Source: Eledone cirrhosa (taxonomy: Eukaryota). From it: a stretch of DNA of 64,000 bases. Location of the stretch: NCBI GenBank assembly GCA_964016885.1, contig OZ024745.1, positions 19,530,001 through 19,594,000 on the forward strand, read 5' to 3'. Position 1 is the stretch's first letter; every line of letters starts with the position of its first letter. The notes under the pieces are model-generated. The model ran no database searches and was not told the DNA's origin. It was given only the letters and a program-made list of their open reading frames with translations. Positions 22,458 to 34,407 of the stretch are shown here, in pieces. The translations under genes and the position numbers were made by a program.

Positions 22458-24299
22458 TTGCATTTATCTTGCTTTATGTTTATACGAGTTATCACCAAGT
22501 CACAACCAGTGACCTCAAGAGACAACAAGGTCCGCCATGTTCAAGAAAGAACATACATATTCACACATGCATCCTTAGTGTTTAGACTTGTGATGTACTT
22601 ATATTGACAGGATCTTCCTTAGTATATGGGCAGTTCCCATTAGTACTATCTTTTGTATTTCTCCTATACGCGGGTTTCCTGGGATTTGCGATAAGTAGTC
22701 GTTAGACCCCTTAGGTATCATTCCCAGAGCGCCTACAACCACTGGTATTGTTTTAGTTCTCAATTTCCACATTTTTCCAATTTCTATCTCCAGGTCCTTA
22801 TACTTGCTCAATTTTTCAAATGTTTTTATAGATACATTCTTGTCTATTAGAACAGACATATCAATTAGCAGGCATACCCTCCTTTGAAAGTCCTTCAATA
22901 TTATATCAGGTCTATTTGCATCTATTTTTCGGTCTGTTTGGATGCTAAAGTTCCACAAGATTGAGATGTGATCTTTTTCAAGTATGGGAGGTGGTTGATG
23001 CTCCCACCAATTCTTTTGATGGGGCAGGTCAAAATGCTTACACATTATCCAATGTATGTATTGTGCAGCTCTGTCATGCCTGTTTAGGTATTCGGTTGGA
23101 GCTATAGGACTGCACATTGAAATTATATGGTCAATGGTCTCTGGTTGTTTTTTGCATACACGGCATAATGGGCTGCATCCATTTTTTATTATGTTGGCTT
23201 GGTAATTTTTTGTTGGCAGACACTGATCTTGTGCTGATATAATCAGTCCTTCAGTCTCCGATTTCAGTCCAGAGGATGCCAACCACTGATGGGTTAAAGT
23301 TTTGTCAACATCAGGATTGTTAGCTCGCTCTGGGTATTTTCCATACAGAGGCTTTTCTTGCCATTTCTTAGCCAGTTTCTGTAGCAGTTCTTTCTTTGCA
23401 GTTACTTTTACCTGCTTTGCTTTTTCTGTGTTTTCCATTTCAGCAGTAAATGGGACTTCTGAAATTTGTAGTCCATTACTGTATCTTTGTGCATCTTTTG
23501 TAATGGAATATGATCTTTTGGTGCTTTCGTGTTTCAAAACGAGTTTGATCATCCAATCATGTGATTCCCTTAGATATGTGGATAATCCAATTGTTGCAGT
23601 TTTCAACGCAATGTCTAACTGGATTGTTCATCATTTTTTGCAAGTAGTTTCAGGTCATCCATGTAGAACAGGTGATTAATGGTTTTGTCATAGACTTTAT
23701 ATCCATGTTTTGTTTCATTGAGCATTTTACTTAATGGTATAAGTGCGATGCAGAATAAAAGCGGTGATAAAGAGTCACCCTGAAAAATTCCACAATTAAT
23801 ATTAACTTCTCCAGCTTCCAGTGATTTTGTTTCACTATTCAAAAGGAGTGTCGTTCTCCATGTCCTCATACTGAATGACAAAAACCTCCTGACAACGGGG
23901 GATATTTTGAAAATCTCTAAACATTTTTCAATCCAACTGTGTGGCAAACTATCGAATGCTTTTTTATAATCTATCCAAGCAATCGATAGATTTTTGTGTC
24001 TATTATGACAATCTTCCAGTATCATTTTGTTAACCAGAAGCTGATCCTTACAGCCATATGAGCCTCGTTTACACCCTTTCTGCTCAATGGGAAATAGGTC
24101 ATTTGTTATCAGGTGGTCATATGTGTATTCAGTTAGGACTGATGTTAACATTTTATACATTGTGGTCAAGCAGGTTATCGGTCTGTAATTTTTTGGATTG
24201 TTTGTCTCATCATTCTTCGGTAGCAGGAATGTAATGCCGTTAACTAGCCATGATGGTATCTTTTCTGGCTCCTTAACTATTTCATTGTAAAGTTGGGCT
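22458..24299 (-). mobile_element. R4/Dong family B copy 4 (5'-truncated, 484-bp internal deletion)
   Basis: Matches copy 3 except that the junction at 23623-23625 fuses positions equivalent to 18684 and 19169. Confidence 0.92.
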
Positions 24300-24334
24300 A
24301 TTATTATTATTATTATTATTATTATTGTTGTTAT

Positions 24335-27103
24335 TCCTTGAATCTCAGTCATTGATGTTGGTTAACTGGAAAGTCCGTTGGATTGAATATCAAGCCACTA
24401 CCTGCAGCCTCAGATATTCAGGACGTATCGGAGGGTTCTTGCTGTTCCAAGCAAGCATGCCTTTTGAAGCGTTCCAAAAAGCGTGAAGGGGCCGATTTTC
24501 TTTAACCATCCCTGGAAACTTTTGGAGATAGTCCCCAGTGCGCCTATGACAATCGGGATCACTTTGACTTCATGGCAGTTCCAAATCCTTTTCACCTCCC
24601 ACTTTAGGTCCTGGTATCGGTTAATTTTCTCCCTCTCCTTCTCTTGCACTCTCGTGTCGAACGGGCAGGCCACATCCACAATCAGACACAATCTTTTTTC
24701 TTTGTCCACAACCACCTTGTCAGGTCTATTGTGTTCCAGTTTTTTGTCCGTCTGTATCCTAAAATCCCACAGCACCTTCACCTGATTGTTCTCCATCACC
24801 GCCTCTGGCCTATGCTCATACCATTTCTCAGAATGTGGTAAATTGTTTACTTTGCACAGGTGCCAGTGGATCACCCTGCCCATCACATCGTGTCTCCAGC
24901 CCTTATAGTGGGTCTGGGCTAGGTGTTTACACTCGGACACAATGTGAGCCACAGTCTCCTCTCTCTCTCCACAGATCCTGCACAGTGGGCTAGCCTCCTC
25001 CTTGTAAATATGGTGCTTCAACCACTTCGTTTTGAGGGCCTGCTCCTGCGCAGCCATTAGCATTCCTTCTGTAGCCTTTTTGAGGTCTCCTCTTCTCAAC
25101 CAGTTCCATGTCTGTGGATCTCTAAATTCAGTTTTCTCAAAGAAGGTACTATGAAGGGATTTTCCCTTAAGGCTGCTCTTCCTCCTTGATGTTATTTCCT
25201 CTTTGGACATCCCCTGGCCTACTGTCCCCTCCTTCAGTACAGTTCTGAGCATTGGCTCCTTACTATAGGTCACGTATTTGTATAGGTTGTTTTTCTCCAT
25301 CTGAACACAGTCCTCTATGCTGATAAGACCTCTTCCACCCTCAGATCTCCTTAGGTAGAGTCTATCGACATCACTCCTCTTGTGGAACATGTTGTAGATA
25401 GTCAATAGCTTCCTAGTCTTCCTATCCATTTCTTTTTGTTCAGCAACATTCCATCTCAGAATTCCCGCACTGTACCTAATAATAGACACAGCTCGGGAAT
25501 TTACTGCGCTTATGGCATTTCTGCTGTTCAGATGTGACTTCAATACGCTCCTTACTCTCCGAATGTATTCAGTTCTTAACAATTCCTTCATTTTTTTGTT
25601 CTTTATGCCATCAGCCTCCAGAACGCCCAAATACTTGTATCCTTCCTCAGAGTCAATTTCCTTTATCATCTCACCTGTTGGTATCTGGATCCCGTTACTT
25701 CTGCTCAACCTACCCCTCTTCATCACAATGACTCCACATTTACCAATACCAAACTGCATACATATATCACTGCTGAAAATACGGACAGTGTCAACAAGCA
25801 CATCCAACTCCTTCTCACTTTTCCCGAAGAGCTTAAGATCGTCCATGAAGAGGAGGTGATTGATGGTAAGCTCTCCCCTTCCCAACTTGTATCCTGCTCT
25901 CACTTTTCGCAGCATAATGGTCAAGGGCATCAGGGCAAGGACAAACAACAGAGGGGACAGGCTATCTCCCTGGAAGATACCTCTCTTGATCTTCACGCTT
26001 CCCAAGGATACTCCAGTTGATGTCAACTCTGTCTCCCAGGGCCCCATACTCCTGCCTAGCAACTGTCTGATGTTATCTGCCACCCTGAAGATCTCCAGGC
26101 TTTTGGTGATCCAAGAATGAGGCACCATGTCAAATGCCTTTCTGTAGTCTATCCATCCCATGGCAAGATCAGTGTGTCTCCTCCTGCAATTCCCCATTAC
26201 CATCTTATCAATAAGTAACTGGTCCTTTGTACCACGTGACTTCTTTCGGCATCCTTTCTGTTCGTCCGGTAACAAGTTGTTTGTGTGGAGGTGATGGTAG
26301 ATTTCCTCAGACACAATGCTCGTCAACAGTTTCCACATTACGGACAGACATGTGATAGGTCTATAGTTGGTAACATCATTACCCTTGATTCGGTCTTTCA
26401 TTATCAGAACTGTGGTACCTTTTGTCAACCACTCTGGCACCTCACCCGACACCAAGCAGTCATTGAACATGGCCGTCAGCTTCGGGTGGAGGGATGTTAA
26501 ATGTTTAATCCAATACCCCTGCACACCATCTGGGCCTGGTGATTTCCAGTTGGTTAGTTTTTTGGCCTGCCCCTTAAGAGTTTCAACTGTGATACTCAAA
26601 TCAGTTTGTTGTTGTGCCTGCTCACCGATCTCCCTCTGTACTGTCTCAATCCACCCTGCCTGGACATTATGTCTAACATCCTGCTCCCATATTCCTCTCC
26701 AGAATGTTTTAGTTTGCTCCGCCCCAGGGATCAAGTCGTTGCCTCTTTCTTTCCCCTCAAGCTGTCCAAACAGCATCTTCTGGTTGTTGTCGAACATGCG
26801 GTTCTGTTTATACTGACTGACTCTGTTCTCGTATCGCCTGATTTTTGCACTCTTTGCTACAATGCGTTGCTTCAGTTCCTCTATGATAATATTTAGCTTT
26901 TTCCTCCTAGTTTTGTATTTTATTTCCAGTCTATTTTTAGTGCCTATGTTTTTTAGTGTCCCATTCAGTAGTGACTCAAGCTTTCCTATGTCATTTCTCA
27001 TTTCCCCGATTTGCCCACTCAGTCGCTTCTTCCACCACGGCTCTGCTCTTTCTTGTCTGTTGTTTCCTCTCGCTTTTATACCAAGTAGTTTCCTATTATT
27101 TCC
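24335..27103 (-). mobile_element. R4/Dong family A copy 4 (longest A copy, 5'-truncated)
   Basis: Same 3' UTR as copies 1-3; flanked by (TTA)n. Confidence 0.93.
24410..27001 (-). CDS. Dong family A RT + RLE reading frame (open, lacking the true N-terminus)
   Basis: 863 aa uninterrupted: WKSPGPDG, YRPITCL, EQKGC, FMDDLKL, CCHC, RLE. Confidence 0.88.
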   Translation of the reverse strand: MRNDIGKLESLLNGTLKNIGTKNRLEIKYKTRRKKLNIIIEELKQRIVAKSAKIRRYENRVSQYKQNRMFDNNQKMLFGQLEGKERGNDLIPGAEQTKTFWRGIWEQDVRHNVQAGWIETVQREIGEQAQQQTDLSITVETLKGQAKKLTNWKSPGPDGVQGYWIKHLTSLHPKLTAMFNDCLVSGEVPEWLTKGTTVLIMKDRIKGNDVTNYRPITCLSVMWKLLTSIVSEEIYHHLHTNNLLPDEQKGCRKKSRGTKDQLLIDKMVMGNCRRRHTDLAMGWIDYRKAFDMVPHSWITKSLEIFRVADNIRQLLGRSMGPWETELTSTGVSLGSVKIKRGIFQGDSLSPLLFVLALMPLTIMLRKVRAGYKLGRGELTINHLLFMDDLKLFGKSEKELDVLVDTVRIFSSDICMQFGIGKCGVIVMKRGRLSRSNGIQIPTGEMIKEIDSEEGYKYLGVLEADGIKNKKMKELLRTEYIRRVRSVLKSHLNSRNAISAVNSRAVSIIRYSAGILRWNVAEQKEMDRKTRKLLTIYNMFHKRSDVDRLYLRRSEGGRGLISIEDCVQMEKNNLYKYVTYSKEPMLRTVLKEGTVGQGMSKEEITSRRKSSLKGKSLHSTFFEKTEFRDPQTWNWLRRGDLKKATEGMLMAAQEQALKTKWLKHHIYKEEASPLCRICGEREETVAHIVSECKHLAQTHYKGWRHDVMGRVIHWHLCKVNNLPHSEKWYEHRPEAVMENNQVKVLWDFRIQTDKKLEHNRPDKVVVDKEKRLCLIVDVACPFDTRVQEKEREKINRYQDLKWEVKRIWNCHEVKVIPIVIGALGTISKSFQGWLKKIGPFTLFGTLQKACLLGTARTLRYVLNI

Positions 27104-27170
<67 letters not shown>

Positions 27171-27174
27171 TATA

Positions 27175-27217
<43 letters not shown>

Positions 27218-27218
27218 T
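27104..27218. repeat. (ATT)n, right end of the array
   Basis: Direct reading. Confidence 0.95.
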
Positions 27219-27717
27219 ATATATGTTTCTATGTCTTTTTCTTTTTCTTTTCTTATATAAACAATAAAAATCTTTACACGCACAAACCCAATTATTTCAT
27301 ATCTCTAGCCCCATTGTCTAATGTGTCCTTCCTTTCTTAAGACGGTAACATGTAATTGGTGAGAGATTTGGCTGCTATTTATTATAATAAAGAATAAGGT
27401 TGAACGACCGAGTGAAAGTAACTTCATATTGATACATGTAACAACAACACCAAATATGTCACAATAACAACAACAAATATGATTAATAGGGAGCAAATGG
27501 GTCAATTGCCCCTGACCCCTACAGTGGGGGTGGCACCGGTCTAAACCCAACCCTAGTTAGAGACTCACTCATTGCTAATAGTAAACTAACTTGTAAAATG
27601 AGAAATTGATTGTAGTCTAATCTGGCATTTCTTGACGTAAAGTTAAAAACATGTGATACAAATAGATTTACGGTATATTTCTAGGGCGGGTAAAATTCCC
27701 GAGATTGAAGGTATATA

Positions 27718-28238
27718 TCTATATATATATATAAGGTTGTAGTTCCCGTCTGTTTGTTTGTTTGTTCAGAACTCCTCCTATGGTTTTGGAGATAGACCCC
27801 ATAACCATATATATTCTGGAACTACATTGCCCAGGGTACTTGGATAAGTAGATTTCATTTTAATCAAAGGGTTCCCGGGGGCACAAACACCCCCTGAAAA
27901 CCCAGCTGAAAATGTTTTCCTTCGATTTATATGAAATTTAAACCATAGGTAAATGACAAGATATGATTCTTATTCACAAAAGTTTTGAATTGATATTTTG
28001 AAAAAAATTATTTAAAAGAAACAAAATGAGAATAAGATTTAATAATGTAATTTTGATTTGATAATATTACAAAAAAATTATGTTTTCCAATTTTTCATCA
28101 ATTACATTTTATATTGTGTAATATTGAAATGCAGAGTGAGTTTTTCTCCATAAATTATATCACTGATTTAAAATCAATCATCATTTTCTTACAAAAAAAA
28201 ATGTGTGAAACGCAGCAAGGCGCGGGTAATTCGGTTAG
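27718..28238 (+). mobile_element. Non-autonomous Helitron-like element
   Basis: 5' TC(TATA..), internal (GTTT)n, GC-rich imperfect subterminal palindrome 28211-28226, 3' TTAG (CTAG variant); inserted between A and T with no TSD. Confidence 0.68.
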
Positions 28239-28276
28239 TTCGAATATAAGTCGATAGGAATATCAGCTGACCCCAT

Positions 28277-28381
28277 CGCCGAGGTTAACTTTGCCTTTCA
28301 TCCTTACGGGGTCGATAAAATAAAGTACCAGTAATACACTGGGTAATTGCTGGCGTTGTGCCAAAAGTAGAAACAATTATT
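28277..28381 (+). mobile_element. SINE 3' half
   Basis: Matches the SINE body and tail of the other copies. Confidence 0.85.
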
Positions 28382-28967
28382 TCCTGTCTGAGAAATGGGC
28401 AAAAATCCAAATTTTATTTACACAGAATTTGAAGTTGATGAAAATCGTCAATATATTGACCCCGAATATAAGACAACTTCCTTCTACCGTCGATTCTTTT
28501 ATCACATATTCATCGACTTATATTCGAGTATAAACGGTAGTTAAAAATTTAGATTTTTAGTGTCCCAAGCCATATTTGAAATGTATCTACGAATATAGGT
28601 ACATTTTTGTTATTCTTTGTCTTAATTACCACATAAGCTTTCCAGCTACTTTCACAAATAAGATTGCAAGTTAATTGGAAGTACGCCCTGCTATGTAAAA
28701 GACTGGATCTAAGGCGTTTAACATAAAACATTTATCTAACTGTTTATCTTGGAAATAACAAATATCATATTATCAAAATATAACCAAGCAGAAGCTCTGT
28801 GTAATTTGATAGTCAGAATATATTCTACGTCGTCTAAATGTAGAATTCCTTACCAGTTTCTGTGTAGTCAACTACTAAACTACATTATCTGTTACTAGTT
28901 CTATGTAGTCACCTACTAATCTACGTTTAGTAGTTACTAGTTTCAATTAGTGACTTAATTAACCTTA

Positions 28968-29078
28968 ATAAAATGAATATATATAATGAATATATAAATA
29001 TATAAAATGAATATATATAATGAATATATAAATATATAAAATGAATATATATAATGAATATATAAATATATAAAATGA

Positions 29079-29090
<12 letters not shown>
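28968..29090. repeat. AT-rich ~33-bp tandem repeat (~3.5 copies)
   Basis: aaaatgaatatatataatgaatatataaatatat repeated. Confidence 0.8.
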
Positions 29091-29119
<29 letters not shown>

Positions 29120-29227
29120 TGTAGAAAATGATATGTTTTAAGAAGGCCAAGACAGTGTGAAATGGACTGTAAGATTTATTTAAATGAAGGCAACGAAAAG
29201 GTTTATATTATCTGGTATATTATCATT

Positions 29228-29407
29228 GTGGATTGGCAGTATCGGTAGAGAGTCGGACACCATGCTTTGAAGCATAGAATTACCTCCCTTTATGATCTGA
29301 GTTCAAATCCTGCCGAGATTAACTTTGCCATTCATCCTTACGTGGTCGATAAAATAAAGTACTGGTTAATTGCTGGCCTTGTGCTAAAAATAGAAACAAT
29401 TATTATT
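29228..29407 (+). mobile_element. tRNA-derived SINE, near full length
   Basis: A box tggcagtatcgg, B box gagttcaaatcc, attattatt tail. Confidence 0.88.
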
Positions 29408-29900
29408 TTTTGTTTTTTTTGTCCTAATATTTTGGGACATAAAAGTACATTCTTCGGAGTGTGGGGGACTCTCAGGGTAAAACGTTCCGGGCTTATCGCT
29501 TTGACATTTGATTTAAATATAAATAAAAAAAACATTATATACATACATATATATATATTGGCGGAGTGGCCAGGTTGCCAGGTTGCCCAATGGCAAGTGC
29601 CCCAGGGAGCCCACGGTAACATTGCAAGAGCCCACAGCAGCATTGCAGGGCCGACTTTAGTATTTTAGGAGCCAATGCTTTGCTTTCAAAAAATACCTGA
29701 AATCTAAGAGAAAAAATAAATCTTTTTAAAAAATAAATATAACAATTAAACAAAGCATTTGGTCAACTAATTCCCCAGGGAATTACTAGAAACTAAAATA
29801 CACGGTAGTGCAAATAGGTGGAATCAGTGGTTGTACGTTCTACTAAATTTAAAGCTTAGTGTATTCATGCAAACATACATATATAGACACACACACAAGC

Positions 29901-29975
<75 letters not shown>

Positions 29976-30237
29976 GGAAAAAATGAAACGATATTTCATT
30001 TCCCACTCTTAGTACGGCTGTTACTTAAATATAAGTATGTACACGTACATACATATATGTATACAGACGTACAGTAGTATGTATATATATATACATACAT
30101 GCACACATATATATATGCACGTATGGATTCACCGAACATTTATTATAATGCTCGGTGTGTTTGTAAACAAACATCCCGTATTAAGCCGTAGTGTCTAGCA
30201 ACCATCGTTGCTCGTTTGTTCAACACTGACAAAGGAA

Positions 30238-30278
30238 CGCTGTACTAGTTTCAAGCTTGTTAGCTATCGTCAGCAACG
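30238..30278 (-). ncRNA. Minimal type I hammerhead ribozyme (PLE-type)
   Basis: cguug-CUGACGA-u-agc-uaacaa-gcu-u-GAAA-cuag-UA-cagcg: intact core, 5-bp stem I, palindromic stem III. Confidence 0.75.
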
Positions 30279-30391
30279 TATACCTTCCTGCCAGATTGTT
30301 GAACGTATATACTTACCTTATGCATATTAACGGCTGAGTAGCCCAATGTGCATATCGAGTGGGTTAATCGGCCGGGTTAAATTCAGAAACG

Positions 30392-30433
<42 letters not shown>

Positions 30434-30791
30434 TATAAAAGAGTATTGAAGTTTGCTTGAAGCATTGTGGAATAATAAGATATATTTTCTTTCGGTCGTT
30501 TTGGAAGCCTCAACAATGCAGATGGGTAAATCTCCGGGTAACAAGATCCGGTGGTGAAGAGAGCGATGTAAGTGAATGTAAAATGAGATGTATAGTGTGT
30601 AGAAGAACGCAGGAAAGAGCGTAAAAAATAAAAACAATAACACGAGATAGAGTTACCTTGGCAGAGATTTAATTGTCCCTATATTTCGGATTCACATCCA
30701 TCAACTGGGGGTTTCCGGGAGGGGGGTATCTGTCGGAGAGGAGCAATACGTGTCTTCTGCTGTTCGTTGTTTTGTATATATATATATATAT

Positions 30792-30889
<98 letters not shown>

Positions 30890-31600
30890 ATACTTGGGAG
30901 GGTCATATTTGTGTAATAATATTGCCAGAATTAACAACAGAACACACTCACTGTTTGGTTGGTTTTCGCTTCTGTGTCTTTTATATCGGTTAATTTCATT
31001 TATTCGATCCTCAATGTTACCATTGACTGACCAACGGTCAAAAATACAGATACAATATAGACACAAACACATATATATAGTCTAACAAAGTTCTTTCGTT
31101 GCACATCTGCAACATCGTCAGTGGTGCTATTATGTTTCCTCCCGTTGTATTGTATGCCTACGCCATCTTTATTTAGTCTGTTTATTTTTTTTTTTTTTTG
31201 TCTTCTCTGCGCATGCGTTTGCGTGTGTGTATAGTGTTTGATGTGTGTTCGTGTTTGGGTGACTGTGTATTGGTTATTGTATTCTATCTTAGTTTACTAG
31301 TGTGTGTTTATATGTGTTTGTTGTTATTGTGCTTGTGTATGTATTTATTTATTTATACTTCTCTTAGATTAGTATTGTTTGTTTGGGTGTTGTTGTTATT
31401 CCATTCGTTTCTTCTGTTTAGCCTTGGCCTTCTAAGTTCTATTTCGCTGGCCTCTCTGATTTGCCTATCTGCTGGGTCATTTCTATGTTTAGATATTATT
31501 CTAATTTCTATGTTGTCTATGTTACCGTCGTGTTGTTGTTTGGCATGTTCGTATAACAATATTTGTTTCGACACACGATTTCATATAAAAAACCTCGCAA

Positions 31601-31648
<48 letters not shown>

Positions 31649-31829
31649 GCCATGTTAGACAGCCAAACGACAGAGTTATAAACAGTGTGGAATCTTAACG
31701 ACAGTTCTGTGTTGTAAAGGAAATCTTCCGATTGGTAGGGAATCAATTTAATTCTCAGCAATTTTACTGGTGTGGAAAAACAGGTGTGTAAATACAGAAC
31801 AGCAGTATCACAACTATTGCTAGTTTTGG

Positions 31830-32985
31830 TACCACCCCGCCGTCGACATCATCTCTACCATCACCACCATCATTACTACCATCACCATCACCATCATCAC
31901 TACCACCACCATTATCACCACCACCACCACCACTACCACCACCATCGTTATCACCAGCACCACCACCACTACCACCACAACCACCACCACCGTTATCACC
32001 ACCACCACCACCACCACCACTACCACCACCCCCATCACCACCACACCACCATCACTACCACTACCACCACCACCACCACCACCACCACCATCACCAAAAC
32101 TACCACCACTACAACCACCACCACCACCACCACCATCACCACCACCATCACCACCACCACCACCATCACCAAAACCACCACCACCACCATCACCACTACC
32201 ACCACCATCACCACCACCACCATCACCAAAACCACCACCACCACTACCACCACTACCATCACAACCACCACCACCGTTATCACCACCACCACTACCACCA
32301 CCACCACCACACCACCATCACTATCACCACCACCACCATCACCAAAACCATCACCATCACCATCATCACTACCACCACCATTATCACCACCACCACCACC
32401 ACTACCACCACCATCGTTATCACCACCACCACCACCACTACCACCACAACCACCACCACCGTTATCACCACCACCACCACCACCACCACTACCACCACCC
32501 CCATCACCACCACACCACCATCACTACCACTACCACCACCACCACCACCACCACCACCATCACCAAAACTACCACCACTACAACCACCACCACCACCACC
32601 ACCACCACCATCACCACCACCACCATCACCAAAACCACCACCACCATCACCACTACCACCACCATCACCACCACCACCATCACCAAAACCACCACCACCA
32701 CTACCACCACTACCACCACAACCACCACCACCGTTATCACCACCACCACTACCACCACCACCACACCACCATCACTATCACCACCACCACCACCATCACC
32801 AAAACCATCACCATCACCATCAACACCACCACCACTACCACCACAACCACCACCACCGTTATCACCACCACCACTACCACCACCACCATCACCACCATCA
32901 CTACCACCACCATCACCAAAACCACCACCACCACCACCATCACCAAAACCACCACCACCACCACCACCACCACCATCACTGTCAC
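31830..32985. repeat. Degenerate (CAC)n/(CAT)n tract with internal ~470-bp duplication
   Basis: The variant string catcactaccaccaccattatcacc...catcgttatcacc occurs at about 31894 and 32363. Confidence 0.9.
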
Positions 32986-33694
32986 TGTATTCTAAAATAA
33001 ATGACATGGATTCTTGTTTACTCACGACAACAAAACAATAACAAGTGTAACAATAGCAGAGGAGGGGGACAGCGGAGACGACGAGGGCGGTGATGAGAAA
33101 AACAGCATTGGCAATAATGGAATTGGAGAACCAAGACCGTAGTGGTATGTCATATATCAAATCATATATTTTGTCTGATGAAAACGTACTTAAACACCAT
33201 TGTACCTTTGAAATATGGATAATAAAGTATATATTTGGATTATATGAATAATTTTCATTTGTTAAAATTTTGAATTATATTAAAAATTCCAGGAAAACCC
33301 ACTCGTTGAGTGCTTCTAATCTATTGTAAAATTGTATTCGTTGAGTAATCTTTGGTTATATATATATATATACATGCATACACATATGAGCACGAATGCA
33401 CACATACACATGCACACACATACACACACATACACACACGTCTACACAGAGAGAGAGACACACATACACACACAGGGCAGGTATAACATAGCCACTAACA
33501 ACAGTTTTTATTTACAATGTAGAAACTCGTACAATGCGTGATTCACGCGTGTTCTCACTTTGTTGACGAGTAAAACCTCGACGTTACATCTTTCTTTCTT
33601 TCTTTCCGTCTTCATTTATTTATTTATTTATTAATGTATATGTTGTTTATCTAACAATCTATTTCATTATGAATTTATCTTATTGAACTCCCCC

Positions 33695-33768
<74 letters not shown>

Positions 33769-34407
33769 AAAATTATATTTAAATTGTTGGGTTACAACTA
33801 GTAAATATTTATAACTGATATAAAAGCACTCGACAAGTATTTGGAGTATTTGGAGTATATTTACAATATTAAATAAATGGAAACTATATTTATAAAACCA
33901 TATTTATTTCATTATATATATTTCAGGGATATCATATTAACAATATGCTATGCCTTCCTCAGACAAAATACAATATAAACAGTTTTATAGATAAATAGAT
34001 TTGACATACCGTAACAACATCGACTTGTATTTGAAAAGTTGAATTGGCAGTGAAAAAATTGTACACAGAGAGAAAGAAAGAGAGAAAAAAAAGGAAAGAA
34101 AGACAGAAAACGAAGAAAAGGAAGAAAAAAAGAAGAAATGCATGGAACAAAATAGAGGGATGGAAAGATAGATAAAGAGAAGAACTTCATGTAAAGAAAC
34201 AGAGAGCGATATATATATATAGAGAGAGAGGAAATAGAGATAGATATATATATATAGAAAACTAGGTAGTGGGACGTCCGTTGAGTAAACGTATCAATGA
34301 TACATTTATTTATTTATTTATTTATTTAGCTCTAGTATTAATGTAAGGGAGATATGTGGTTAGGAGAGAAACCAGCTGTTATATAGAGAGAAAAATTAAA
34401 AATAAAG

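Larger units (their letters stand above)
27710..28539. mobile_element. pogo/Tc1-mariner-like MITE with interrupted left TIR
   Basis: Right TIR atcgacttatattcgagtataaacggta (28512-28539); the left TIR reassembles as gtatata|ttcgaatataagtcgat when 27718-28238 is removed. Confidence 0.6.

Noticed and set aside
6491-27218. CRISPR-like repeat-spacer organisation
   Set aside because: The repeats are variable-length microsatellites, the spacers are retrotransposon copies, and there are no cas genes; the context is eukaryotic.
31772-33160. His/Thr/Pro-rich and Val/Gly-rich ORFs
   Set aside because: Translations of the (CAC)n tract.
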